Origin: Chitinophagales bacterium
GTDB lineage: Bacteria; Bacteroidota; Bacteroidia; Chitinophagales; CAIODY01
Assembly (NCBI GenBank): GCA_947452995.1
Contig: CANGEV010000012.1
Span: 4,848 to 68,847, forward strand
Reading direction: 5' to 3'
Length of the DNA stretch: 64,000 bases
The notes under the pieces are model-generated. The model did no database searches. It saw only the letters and a list, made by a program, of their open reading frames with translations, and had not been told where the DNA came from. Numbering within the stretch: position 1 is the stretch's first letter; each line of letters opens with the position of its first letter. Made by a program: the position numbers and the translations under genes. This document shows positions 37,351 through 46,767 of the stretch, piece by piece.

Positions 37351-39972
37351 TCACTCAGAATACCTTTCCTGCGTCAATGGCAAATCTCGACAAGACTCAC
37401 CAACATTTATTCTGTAATGAACTTTAGAGTCGGGATTTAAACTTTTAAAACATGTTGCTTTACTTACACGCATCTCAACCTTCGTCTTCGCAAAAGCAGC
37501 CAGTTCCACCTTAGAAAAAGCAACCAATTGCAAAACAGGATGAACAATTCCATTGCCACTTGGCTCATCTAATAAACTCAAATACACTTGAGGCGTTGCA
37601 GCACCTTTTTGACCAGAATTAGCGATGGTGAACTGCACATTTATAAATGAGTCGAGCTCTTGTACCACCAAATCACTATACTCGTATTTAGCATAAGAAA
37701 GCCCATATCCAAAGGGAAATAAAGGCAAACCCGTCCCATCAATATAATCATCTCCACGACCCGTAGCTTCGTGCAAATAACTTAAGGGCAATTGTCCTTC
37801 ATTCAATGGAAATGTTATAGGCAACTTTCCAGATGGAGACACATCGCCAGCTAAAATCTGCGCTAAAGCATTACCGCCCTGTTCGCCAGGATACCACATG
37901 TCAATAACTGCATCTACACTGTCTATCCATCTGTCCATTCGAATAGCACTACCGCCTGTAAGTACTACAATTAAAGGCTTATTCAAACGAGATAAACGTT
38001 TTATCAATTCCTCTTGCCGACCCGGTAATGACAAACTAGAACGATCTCGAAATTCTCCTTCTTCAATGCCAGGACAATAAACAATCACATCCGATTTGCT
38101 AGCAACATGAATAGACTCGATTATAGTATTTGATTCATTTTTATCACATTGATAATCCCAAATCAATTTGAGCTGTGCATTTCCTACCGTCTCGCGATAC
38201 TCAATCTTTATCAGCACTAAATCACCTTTCTTCAATTGCAATACTTTATAATCCCTATGATAAGTCAGTTTTTCCCAACGATCAGCAATCAGGGTATTAG
38301 CTATATAAAATCGATATCCGTCATTTCCTTCTACACCAATTTTGTATTCACCATCTTCTGGAATAAGAACCATTCCCTCATAACGAACAGAAAAATGTTC
38401 TTTTTGAATCCATGCAGGCGCACTAAAAGTATAATGAAAATTTATACTTTTTTCCATTTGCTTCTTGATAGGTTCGCCAGATAAGTCGGTCGTATTGAAA
38501 TAGCATGCCGAAAGTTGACATATCGATTGGCAATTTGCACATGCTGATTCAATTACTTTAAATTCAACAGGCATACGCGCAACTCCTTTATGAAAGGAAA
38601 TCGAAGCCGCACTAAATCTATTTTTTAAGCCTTCTAGATAGGTAATCTTTTCAAATCCTGCTCCAGAATAACCTCCCAATCTGCTCTCTATCGCATCTTG
38701 ACCCACAACACAAACACGCTTAATATCGTTTCTAAGTGGCAACACTTTATTTTTATTACGTAATAAAACAGCACTTTTTAGACTAGCCTCCAACGCTAAT
38801 AACTGCTCTTCCCTTCTTTCTTGTTCCTGATCAAGCAGAACATACGGATCATCAAATAATCCCAACTCAAACTTCGCTTTAAGTACCCGTGCAACAGCCG
38901 CATCGATGGCTACAGGATTGACAGCTCCTTTCAAAAAATACGGATTAAATAAAGTATCATGTGTGATGGAAGTTTGAAAGATAACATCCAATCCATTTTC
39001 AATGGCCACTTTGCCTGACATTGGATAGGAGGCTGAAGTATTATGCAACACATTTGCTCCGCCAACAGCACCTGCGTCGGAGATGACAAAACCCGTAAAG
39101 CCCCACTCTTTTTTTAAAATGCGTTTTAACAAATCATCATTCATGCTACAAGGCTTCCCGTTCAATGAATTATAACTAGTCATTATAGAACGCGCACCAC
39201 CTCGCTGAATGGCTTGTTTAAAGGGTTCCAGGAAGATGTTTTTCATATAATCTTCATCAAGATGAATCGGATAAGAATCTCGACCTCCTTCACCTACGTT
39301 AACAGCAAAATGTTTTGGTGTAGTAATGACATTTTTTTGTTCAAAGGCTTTTACAAAGGCTACAGCCATTTCACTAGTTAAGTACGGATCTTCACCGTAC
39401 GTTTCCTCCACCCTGCCCCATCTTACGTCAGAAGCGATATTAATCACGGGTGATAATACCTGCCGGTAGCCGCTTTTGTACGCATCCTTTGCTATAGCAG
39501 TGGCAACACGACGCATTAAAGCAGTATCGAAGGAAGCGGCGAGGGCAATAGATTGTGGAAAAACAATATCATTCGTACCCACCACACCATGTAGTGCTTC
39601 GCCAAAAAAAATAGCAGGAATACCTAGGCGTGTATTGTTCACCAAAAAATGTTGAATGCGGTTCATCTCCTTGATAAGAACATCTCTCGTAACAAGCTTA
39701 TTCTCCATCATCTGTTGATTCCCATTTGATCCTAAACTCGTCGTATTTATCTCTAGACCAAATATACCTGTATTATACTTTGTCGAATCAAATACCCCAT
39801 CATGCGCAATCATAAACAACTGACGAAATTTTTCTTCCGGAGTCATGCGCTTTAATAAATCTGCAACACGTTCTTCTATTGATAAGGAAGGATTTTTATA
39901 CGGGAAGACGGATTGCGCAAATGCACCAACTGACGTCAAGAAAAATATAAAACTGAACAGGTAATTTTGCAT
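37351..39972 (-). CDS. glycoside hydrolase family 3 (beta-glucosidase-like) with inserted PA14 domain
   Basis: 873 aa with a signal peptide. It has a GH3 N-domain, the nucleophile motif GFVISDAGAV, and a PA14-like insert (FSVRYEGMVLIPEDGEYKIGVEGNDGYRFYI). A C-terminal Fn3-like domain follows. Confidence 0.85.
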   Translation of the reverse strand: MQNYLFSFIFFLTSVGAFAQSVFPYKNPSLSIEERVADLLKRMTPEEKFRQLFMIAHDGVFDSTKYNTGIFGLEINTTSLGSNGNQQMMENKLVTRDVLIKEMNRIQHFLVNNTRLGIPAIFFGEALHGVVGTNDIVFPQSIALAASFDTALMRRVATAIAKDAYKSGYRQVLSPVINIASDVRWGRVEETYGEDPYLTSEMAVAFVKAFEQKNVITTPKHFAVNVGEGGRDSYPIHLDEDYMKNIFLEPFKQAIQRGGARSIMTSYNSLNGKPCSMNDDLLKRILKKEWGFTGFVISDAGAVGGANVLHNTSASYPMSGKVAIENGLDVIFQTSITHDTLFNPYFLKGAVNPVAIDAAVARVLKAKFELGLFDDPYVLLDQEQERREEQLLALEASLKSAVLLRNKNKVLPLRNDIKRVCVVGQDAIESRLGGYSGAGFEKITYLEGLKNRFSAASISFHKGVARMPVEFKVIESACANCQSICQLSACYFNTTDLSGEPIKKQMEKSINFHYTFSAPAWIQKEHFSVRYEGMVLIPEDGEYKIGVEGNDGYRFYIANTLIADRWEKLTYHRDYKVLQLKKGDLVLIKIEYRETVGNAQLKLIWDYQCDKNESNTIIESIHVASKSDVIVYCPGIEEGEFRDRSSLSLPGRQEELIKRLSRLNKPLIVVLTGGSAIRMDRWIDSVDAVIDMWYPGEQGGNALAQILAGDVSPSGKLPITFPLNEGQLPLSYLHEATGRGDDYIDGTGLPLFPFGYGLSYAKYEYSDLVVQELDSFINVQFTIANSGQKGAATPQVYLSLLDEPSGNGIVHPVLQLVAFSKVELAAFAKTKVEMRVSKATCFKSLNPDSKVHYRINVGESCRDLPLTQERYSE

Positions 39973-40012
39973 AAGCTAAGATTCGGAATAATAAAAATAC
40001 TATGTTTATACT

Positions 40013-41413
40013 ATGAACAAACTAAGTCTATTACTTTTTTCTATCGCACTACTAACGCTTAAAAGTCTTTTTGCGCAAGAACAAGTTTATATCGCACCTA
40101 CAGACAGTCTTGTCAAAATAAATCTAAAGCAATGGCAAGGTTATAAGTTTGGATTATTGATGCACTGGGGTACCTATAGCCAATGGGGAATTGTGGAGAG
40201 TTGGAGCTTATGTCCAGAAGACGAAGATTGGTGTCAGCGTAAAGGTCCTTACGCAAGCGACTATTTTGAGTACAAGAAAAAGTATGAAGATCTGCAACAT
40301 AGTTTCAACCCGACACACTTCAATCCGGAAAAATGGGCTTCGGCAGCAGCTTATGCTGGAATGAAATACATTGTTTTTACCACAAAACATCACGATGGAT
40401 TTTGCATGTTCGATACGAAATTGACAGACTACAAAATAACGTCATCACAATGCGCTTTTTCAACTAATCCGAAAGCAAATATTGCAGACGAAGTATTCAA
40501 AGCATTTCGTAAAAAGAACTTCAAAATAGGGGCTTATTTTTCGAAGCCGGATTGGCACTGTGAAAACTATTGGTCGCCGTACTTTCCTCCTTTAGATCGT
40601 AATCCAAACTATGCTATAAAGAAGCACCCTGAATGGTGGAAAAATTATAAAAAATATACACAAGGACAGATTGATGAATTACTTTCAAACTACGGCCGGA
40701 TAGACATCTTATGGCTCGATGGTGGATGGGTTCGCCCGGATAGCCTCGATCATTATAAATCAGCGAAAATCAAAAACAATCAAGACATCGATATGGACGC
40801 AATTGCGACAAATGCTATTGCAAAACAACCTGGTATTATTGTGGTCGACCGTGATGTGCCAAGTAAAAATCAAAATTACTTGACACCTGAACAAAAGCTC
40901 CCAGATACCTTACTACCGTATCCATGGGAGACCTGCATGACCATGGCTACCTCTTGGAGTTGGGTACCGAGTGATACGTATAAAAGTTCCACCGAGCTCA
41001 TTCAGACACTCTGTAAAATTGTTAGTCGTGGTGGTAATTTCCTATTGAATGTAGCGCCGAATGCCGAAGGAGAACTTGATTCGATTGCTTATGTGCGATT
41101 GAAAGAAATTGGCGATTGGATGCGAATTAACGGAGACGCGATTTATGAGACAGAACCAATTTTTCCGTATTCCTATCACAACATGGTTTTTACTAAAAAG
41201 AAGAGTCACATTTATCTGATAGTACTACAAACATCGGACTCTGCTGTTATCCCAACAGAAATTAATATCCCTAACTTCAAGTGCAAAATTAAAGCAGCTC
41301 ACCTTTTAGGAGAGAATAAATTACATCTTAAAATAAGTGATACTAAACTTATTATCGACAAAGCAAGTACGCTTAAATCTTCTCCTGCCTTTGTAATTCA
41401 GTTGGATCTGTAA
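40013..41413 (+). CDS. alpha-L-fucosidase (GH29)
   Basis: 466 aa with a signal peptide. GH29 motifs TTKHHDGFCMFDT and DILWLDGGW. Confidence 0.85.
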   Translation: MNKLSLLLFSIALLTLKSLFAQEQVYIAPTDSLVKINLKQWQGYKFGLLMHWGTYSQWGIVESWSLCPEDEDWCQRKGPYASDYFEYKKKYEDLQHSFNPTHFNPEKWASAAAYAGMKYIVFTTKHHDGFCMFDTKLTDYKITSSQCAFSTNPKANIADEVFKAFRKKNFKIGAYFSKPDWHCENYWSPYFPPLDRNPNYAIKKHPEWWKNYKKYTQGQIDELLSNYGRIDILWLDGGWVRPDSLDHYKSAKIKNNQDIDMDAIATNAIAKQPGIIVVDRDVPSKNQNYLTPEQKLPDTLLPYPWETCMTMATSWSWVPSDTYKSSTELIQTLCKIVSRGGNFLLNVAPNAEGELDSIAYVRLKEIGDWMRINGDAIYETEPIFPYSYHNMVFTKKKSHIYLIVLQTSDSAVIPTEINIPNFKCKIKAAHLLGENKLHLKISDTKLIIDKASTLKSSPAFVIQLDL

Positions 41414-42591
41414 ATCAAATATAGATTCACAATATTAAATAGAAGCCCAAACCATTTCCAGTAATTTGGAGTAGCTTGGTCTAACTTTTTATCATCTATA
41501 AAAATTAATAAAAGTCCAAAAAATGCTGCAGGATAACGCATTTGAACCGAAATTAAATTAAGGGAAGCAAATGCCATCATGCAAATAATTCCTAATACAG
41601 CAAGCGATTTAATACTTGACCTTTCACGTAGATTCGTATAAATAAAGAAAATCGCATAAGCACTGGTGAACGCTAAAAATAGATGATAAATAAAATAAAT
41701 AAATTCAATGCGGCTATCAAATTGAAGATCCGCAATTAAAGTACCTTGCAAGAGATATAATATTAAAAATAATAAAAGTACGAGCAACCATTGCCTCTCG
41801 ATGCTCACAATCATTTTACGGACCTCGCCAACTAATAAAAAATAACTTACAATAAACCATTGTAGAACATATTCAAAGCTCGACCAGTTAAGTGTTCCCA
41901 GTTTTAACACCTTTGAATTTGCAGGTGCGAGTCCCTTCCAAACAGTGAATACAAAAAGAGGGAATGGTACTATCAATACAAACAAAAGGAGTAATTCAAG
42001 CAATGTAATTCTACGTTGTAATAAAGCAAGTATAGGCCACGTAAAAACGACTAGTAATAAATTTTGCTTTCCCACGATTGTCAAGGCCCCTAGTAAAGCG
42101 ATAAGTACCAAAAATAGAAGTCGGCGCCAAACACTTTCAATATGTGTTAAATATTCAAGGCCCACTAAAAATAAGACGCACGTTAATATCGGAGGGAAAT
42201 CACCCATGGCTCTTCCAAAAAGCGCAAATGTTCCAGGAATAAATACAACAGAAAATATTTCGAAAGGATTCGTGCGCTTAAGTAAAAACTTAAAAAGTAG
42301 ATAAACACTTAACACAAATAAACTAACATTCACCCAACGTAAATAGAGAATATTAACCCTTAATGAACTTGGCAATAAGAAATAAAACCAAGAGCTTACT
42401 ATTCCAGCAGTGCCATGATAATTTTTAATAAAAGCAATAGTCCAAGGTGAGCCTTTCCATTCTAGATTTGAAAAATAAATACTTTCATCGGCAATAGGCA
42501 GCCTTGGAGAAAAGGCAACTAACAAACATAAGCTACCTAATAGTAACAGTGAAAAATATTCGTAGTTGAAAGTTAAAAATCTATTTTTCAT
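41398..42591 (-). CDS. polytopic membrane protein, GT-C-like (putative lipid-linked-sugar-dependent glycosyltransferase)
   Basis: About 397 aa from the ATG at 42591, which lies 5 nt after the upstream stop. It has roughly 11 hydrophobic helices. The first extracytoplasmic loop carries PIADESIYFS, a D-E-x-x-Y pattern reminiscent of ArnT/PMT-type GT-C enzymes. Confidence 0.45.
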   Translation of the reverse strand: MKNRFLTFNYEYFSLLLLGSLCLLVAFSPRLPIADESIYFSNLEWKGSPWTIAFIKNYHGTAGIVSSWFYFLLPSSLRVNILYLRWVNVSLFVLSVYLLFKFLLKRTNPFEIFSVVFIPGTFALFGRAMGDFPPILTCVLFLVGLEYLTHIESVWRRLLFLVLIALLGALTIVGKQNLLLVVFTWPILALLQRRITLLELLLLFVLIVPFPLFVFTVWKGLAPANSKVLKLGTLNWSSFEYVLQWFIVSYFLLVGEVRKMIVSIERQWLLVLLLFLILYLLQGTLIADLQFDSRIEFIYFIYHLFLAFTSAYAIFFIYTNLRERSSIKSLAVLGIICMMAFASLNLISVQMRYPAAFFGLLLIFIDDKKLDQATPNYWKWFGLLFNIVNLYLIYRSN

Positions 42592-43633
42592 TTGGATTCG
42601 GTACAAAAGTTCGATGAATACCACTTACCGAAACGCGTGAATGACGTCCGCCACTAATTAGATGAATGGTATCGTCAATCACACCACTAATAATACCATG
42701 ACGTGCCTCTGGCAAGATCCCAATTTTAGACCAACTATCATTTCGCGGATCATAACAATCGACTTCATTCGAACACGACCAAACAAACTCGCCACCAAAA
42801 ACATAAATTTTATTCTTAAAGACGACAGAGGAAAGTCCTCCACGCGCAGATGGCAGAGAGGCAGCCGAAGTCCATTCCTTACTATCTAAATTATATTTTT
42901 CAACAGAAATTAAAGTCTTGCGAAGATCATCTTGCCTTCCACTTATTAGATAAAGACAACGATTGACAATTTCTAAACGATGATGATCACGAGGTATCTG
43001 AAAAGATTTTAAACACAACCACTTATTCGACTTAATAACGTAAGCCCATAAATTCGACTGCACTTTTAAGTCTTGACCAATTCCTCCGGCATAATAAATA
43101 GTGTCATTTAAGATTGCGACCGCACCAGCACCGCGAACTTCTGGCAAATTAGCTAAGCGCGTCCAGCTATGTGTAATAGGATTAAAGGAGAAGAGCGTAT
43201 TTTGAGGTGTATAACGTGCAATATTAACGCCTCTATAACGTAAGCCTAATGGTCCAAAACCTCCGACAACAAAAACTAAGCTATCGTTACTTACAACTCC
43301 TGCATGATTTAAAGGTGCGGGCAAATCTACTTGTTGAATCCAGACCTTTCTAACCGCGTCATACATCCACATATCGCTGTATGTTCGCATCAGATAATCT
43401 AGTCCGCCTAAGACATAAAATTTTTGTTTACAAACAGCGCCGCTAGCTTCAGTCCGATGTACTGGCAATTCCGCCGCTAGATCAAAAGATCCTGCAGAAG
43501 AATATACTTTTTTTTCAAGAGGAATGATGGACATGGAAAGGTTCCACCAACAAAAAAATGCAATCAGTCCTAAAATTAATGCGAATGAAAATAGAAGTAT
43601 AATACGAAGATTACGAATAATAAATTTAAACAC
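42581..43633 (-). CDS. membrane-anchored Kelch-repeat beta-propeller protein
   Basis: 350 aa with an N-terminal TM (IILLFSFALILGLIAFFCWW) after a basic N-terminus. About six Kelch blades follow (repeated ...YVLGG/VVGG/YAGG/VFGG...W motifs). Confidence 0.75.
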   Translation of the reverse strand: MFKFIIRNLRIILLFSFALILGLIAFFCWWNLSMSIIPLEKKVYSSAGSFDLAAELPVHRTEASGAVCKQKFYVLGGLDYLMRTYSDMWMYDAVRKVWIQQVDLPAPLNHAGVVSNDSLVFVVGGFGPLGLRYRGVNIARYTPQNTLFSFNPITHSWTRLANLPEVRGAGAVAILNDTIYYAGGIGQDLKVQSNLWAYVIKSNKWLCLKSFQIPRDHHRLEIVNRCLYLISGRQDDLRKTLISVEKYNLDSKEWTSAASLPSARGGLSSVVFKNKIYVFGGEFVWSCSNEVDCYDPRNDSWSKIGILPEARHGIISGVIDDTIHLISGGRHSRVSVSGIHRTFVPNPNEK

Positions 43634-44915
43634 TATGTAGTATATTAGATAAGACAGCGGCCTGATTCTTACGAGAATATTGCTTATAATCTGTCGCCGT
43701 TGAGTGTACGCAAGCGTTTTGCTTGAACTCCAAGTAGGCTATCTCCAAAGCTTCACAAATCTCCGATGCATTATTACAATTGAAACCAGCGTTAGTTTCT
43801 TTCATAATCCGTTCCAAATCGCTGTGATCATTAACTGAAACAATCACTCTACGATTTAATGCTAGATACTCATAAATTTTTGCAGGTAACAATCTATTAT
43901 CGGGATTCGTCAACACCAACAACAAATTACTCTCAGCTAATTTCGTAAAGAGCTCAAATTTACTAATTCGCGGTGTAGTATTTATATATGCATTAATATT
44001 TTTATCAAATGTAAAAATTCGTTCAACCTGCTCCGGTTGATATTCAATTCCTAGAAAACTTAATTGAACATTTGCATTCGGTATTTTAGCAATGAACATT
44101 GAAAAGCCTTTTAAAAAATCTTCTAAGCGATGGTAGGGATAAATCGTACCAGCAAAGGCTATTCTGAACACATCAGATTTCTGTTTAACATTTTCAACGA
44201 GTGCAATTTCTTCTTCAATATAGCCATTGAATACTGTCTCTGTTTGAATCGTAGAAACTAATTCCTTTAATTTAACTTGTTCAAAGGGGTTAGACGTTAT
44301 CACTATGCGTGCAGCGCGTAAGTACTTTTTTTCAAAATACCGAAACCAAAAATTATTAAGAAGTTTATTCAGACCACTAGTTCGTAAGTTATCATCCTTA
44401 CTTGTCCATCCATCTCGATAATCTAACAAATAAGGAATAGCATATTTCTTAGCTAATAAACGCGCATACTTAAAAAGAATAAAGGGCTCTCCTGAAGATA
44501 AAATAGCATCAACTTTATTCGTCTTCATATATTCATTGGCAGCCTGGTAGAGGCTCCACTTATTATCAAAAAAAGAAAACGGATAAGACAATACCATTCC
44601 TAAAAAAGAGAGCGCCTTCCTTAATATGGAGAAGCGTGTGTTGCCATATTTTAGCAATAGGCGGTCACGCAAATTACTATTATAAGGAACTCGAATAATT
44701 GTTGCACCAGCGGTTTCTTCGTAGGTGATAGATTGAGCTGCTGAACTCACCACATAATCTAATGGCGAGTTTTGTATATTATCCCAATGTCGGGTAACAA
44801 TGATAGGATGGACATCATAAGCCGGCAAATACTTAAACCAACTATACGGACGGAACGCTCCTACTGAATTGTAAGGAGGAAAATCATGCGCGAAAATCAA
44901 TACACGTTTTTTCAT
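43626..44915 (-). CDS. glycosyltransferase (GT-B fold, GT4-like)
   Basis: 429 aa with the N-terminus MKKRVLIFAHDFPPYNSVG and a C-terminal LPAKIYEYLALNRRVIV (E-x7-E-like) region. Confidence 0.7.
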   Translation of the reverse strand: MKKRVLIFAHDFPPYNSVGAFRPYSWFKYLPAYDVHPIIVTRHWDNIQNSPLDYVVSSAAQSITYEETAGATIIRVPYNSNLRDRLLLKYGNTRFSILRKALSFLGMVLSYPFSFFDNKWSLYQAANEYMKTNKVDAILSSGEPFILFKYARLLAKKYAIPYLLDYRDGWTSKDDNLRTSGLNKLLNNFWFRYFEKKYLRAARIVITSNPFEQVKLKELVSTIQTETVFNGYIEEEIALVENVKQKSDVFRIAFAGTIYPYHRLEDFLKGFSMFIAKIPNANVQLSFLGIEYQPEQVERIFTFDKNINAYINTTPRISKFELFTKLAESNLLLVLTNPDNRLLPAKIYEYLALNRRVIVSVNDHSDLERIMKETNAGFNCNNASEICEALEIAYLEFKQNACVHSTATDYKQYSRKNQAAVLSNILHSV

Positions 44916-46093
44916 GAATGTAGATCCGCTTCGATTTTAATATATAGGTCAACTAACTTCTTCCTTTCCGCATTCCAGTTAATCTCTTGCTTTGCGGCGA
45001 TAGCACGTGCTTTGAAATTTTGATAATCCGCAAGTATTTCATTCATTCCTTGTAAGTAGGCTCCGCGTTCATCCGGATTCACACATACACCATTCTTGTA
45101 ATGATTCAATATATTCATGTACTCTGGTTGTTGCGTAGCGAGTACCGGAATTTCTGCAATGGTATATTCAAATAATTTATTGTCTAAAGCATACCAGTAG
45201 GACAAATTTGTTTTGTTCCAAGTTGGAACAAGACCAATATCAGCTCCTGAAAGGTACGATGTGATTTCGGCGGGTTTTACTGCAGGATGAAAATGTACAT
45301 TTCGAATTTTATTAGCATTCACATAATCTTGAACATCCTGACAACCTTTATCGAATGAGGTGATATACAAAAGATGTAAGCCTTCTTTATTTCCAATTTC
45401 ATCAATAACCTGCTCGTGATTGTGTGTTCGAGCATAAATATGTGCTCCGATAAATACCAATAGTTTATCGGATGCAGGAATATTATACATCGATTTTAAA
45501 TCAACAGAATTTTTAATTTCTTCCAATTCAGGCGCATTGCGTATTATAACAGGCTTTTCCTTGGCGCGAAAATAATCAAAAAGGATATCCGACAATGATT
45601 GATTCACCGTCAAAAGATAATCGGCTAAACGACCATTACGTTTCTCTCGCAAGACTTGATACTTACGTACGATGTACGACTTTATCAAAATACTCAATGG
45701 CAAACCTTTTAGATTATTCAATGGCCATGCATGAAACAACTCATGCGAGTCATAGACAAAAACCTTCGAAGGATCATGTTTTTTTATCCAAGCGCCTGCA
45801 TCACACATGAATTGATCGTGACAATGAAAAACTTGATAATCTTCACGAGCAATTTTCAAGGCGATTTCACGAATTTCCTTCTCCGCTGAAAATTTAGCAA
45901 TATGATTGGGGAACACGCGCTTAACCTGAAAACCGTCGATTACCTCTTCATTGGGTAATGACTTCTCTTTTACGCAATAAATACAAACCGAATGACCAGC
46001 TTGCGTCAGTTCCTTTGCTTCCCGATGTACACGACGATCGTTCGTGAATGGGTTATCTAAAAGCATGGCTATTTTCATGCCTAAAATTATCAA
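44912..46093 (-). CDS. glycosyltransferase (GT-B fold, GT4-like)
   Basis: 393 aa; the alternative start at 46078 gives MKIAMLLDNPFTNDRRV. The C-terminal motif is NKLFEYTIAEIPVLAT. Its stop overlaps the next start (ATGA at 44912-44915). Confidence 0.7.
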   Translation of the reverse strand: MIILGMKIAMLLDNPFTNDRRVHREAKELTQAGHSVCIYCVKEKSLPNEEVIDGFQVKRVFPNHIAKFSAEKEIREIALKIAREDYQVFHCHDQFMCDAGAWIKKHDPSKVFVYDSHELFHAWPLNNLKGLPLSILIKSYIVRKYQVLREKRNGRLADYLLTVNQSLSDILFDYFRAKEKPVIIRNAPELEEIKNSVDLKSMYNIPASDKLLVFIGAHIYARTHNHEQVIDEIGNKEGLHLLYITSFDKGCQDVQDYVNANKIRNVHFHPAVKPAEITSYLSGADIGLVPTWNKTNLSYWYALDNKLFEYTIAEIPVLATQQPEYMNILNHYKNGVCVNPDERGAYLQGMNEILADYQNFKARAIAAKQEINWNAERKKLVDLYIKIEADLHS

Positions 46094-46131
46094 AAAAGAC
46101 GCAAAAAGAATGATATTCTGTAGCTTTAATC

Positions 46132-46767
46132 ATGAAAATTGAAATTTGGAGCGACATCGCCTGTCCTTTCTGTTATATCGGTAAACGCCGTTTAGAACAA
46201 GCACTAGAAGCTAGTCCTGAAATTCTCCACCCAAATATTATTTATAAAAGTTATCAATTAGCCCCACAGCTGCAAGTAACGGAGCCAACTTCACTAAACG
46301 AATACCTGGCCAAGGTAAAAGGTATTAGTATCGAACAGGCTAAAGAAATGAATGCGTACGTTAGCAATATGGCGACTGAAGTTGGATTACATTTCCATAT
46401 CGAGCAAGCTCAATTAGCAAATACCTTCAACGCACATCGATTTTTACATCTTGCGAAATCACTTCAATGCCAATTGAAGGCCAAAGAACTTCTGTTACAA
46501 GCATATTTTTGCGAAGGAAAAAATGTCGATCAGCTGGAAACATTTGTTAATATCGGAGAAAAACTAAACATCCCCCATTCTACAATCACGGATTATTGGC
46601 ATTCGAAAAATTTCGAAGAAGATGTTCGCCTTGATATGTATGAAGCACAGCAGTATCAAATCACTGGTGTTCCACTGTTTTTATTTAATGAACGAATTGC
46701 TGTATCTGGCGCGCAACCCCTCGATGTCTTCCTACGAGCACTAAAGCGTGCTAACGAATTATCGTGA
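46132..46767 (+). CDS. DsbA-family (FrnE-like) thiol:disulfide oxidoreductase
   Basis: 211 aa with no signal peptide and the N-terminal motif IEIWSDIACPFCYIGKRRLE. Confidence 0.8.
   Translation: MKIEIWSDIACPFCYIGKRRLEQALEASPEILHPNIIYKSYQLAPQLQVTEPTSLNEYLAKVKGISIEQAKEMNAYVSNMATEVGLHFHIEQAQLANTFNAHRFLHLAKSLQCQLKAKELLLQAYFCEGKNVDQLETFVNIGEKLNIPHSTITDYWHSKNFEEDVRLDMYEAQQYQITGVPLFLFNERIAVSGAQPLDVFLRALKRANELS

Noticed and set aside
41398-41413. Recurrent convergent 3'-end overlaps (41398-41413, 46751-46767, 33546-33563, 16703-16706) as a possible regulatory antisense arrangement
   Set aside because: Short convergent overlaps are common in compact genomes, and nothing in the sequence indicates a specific mechanism. 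I note them only as context.
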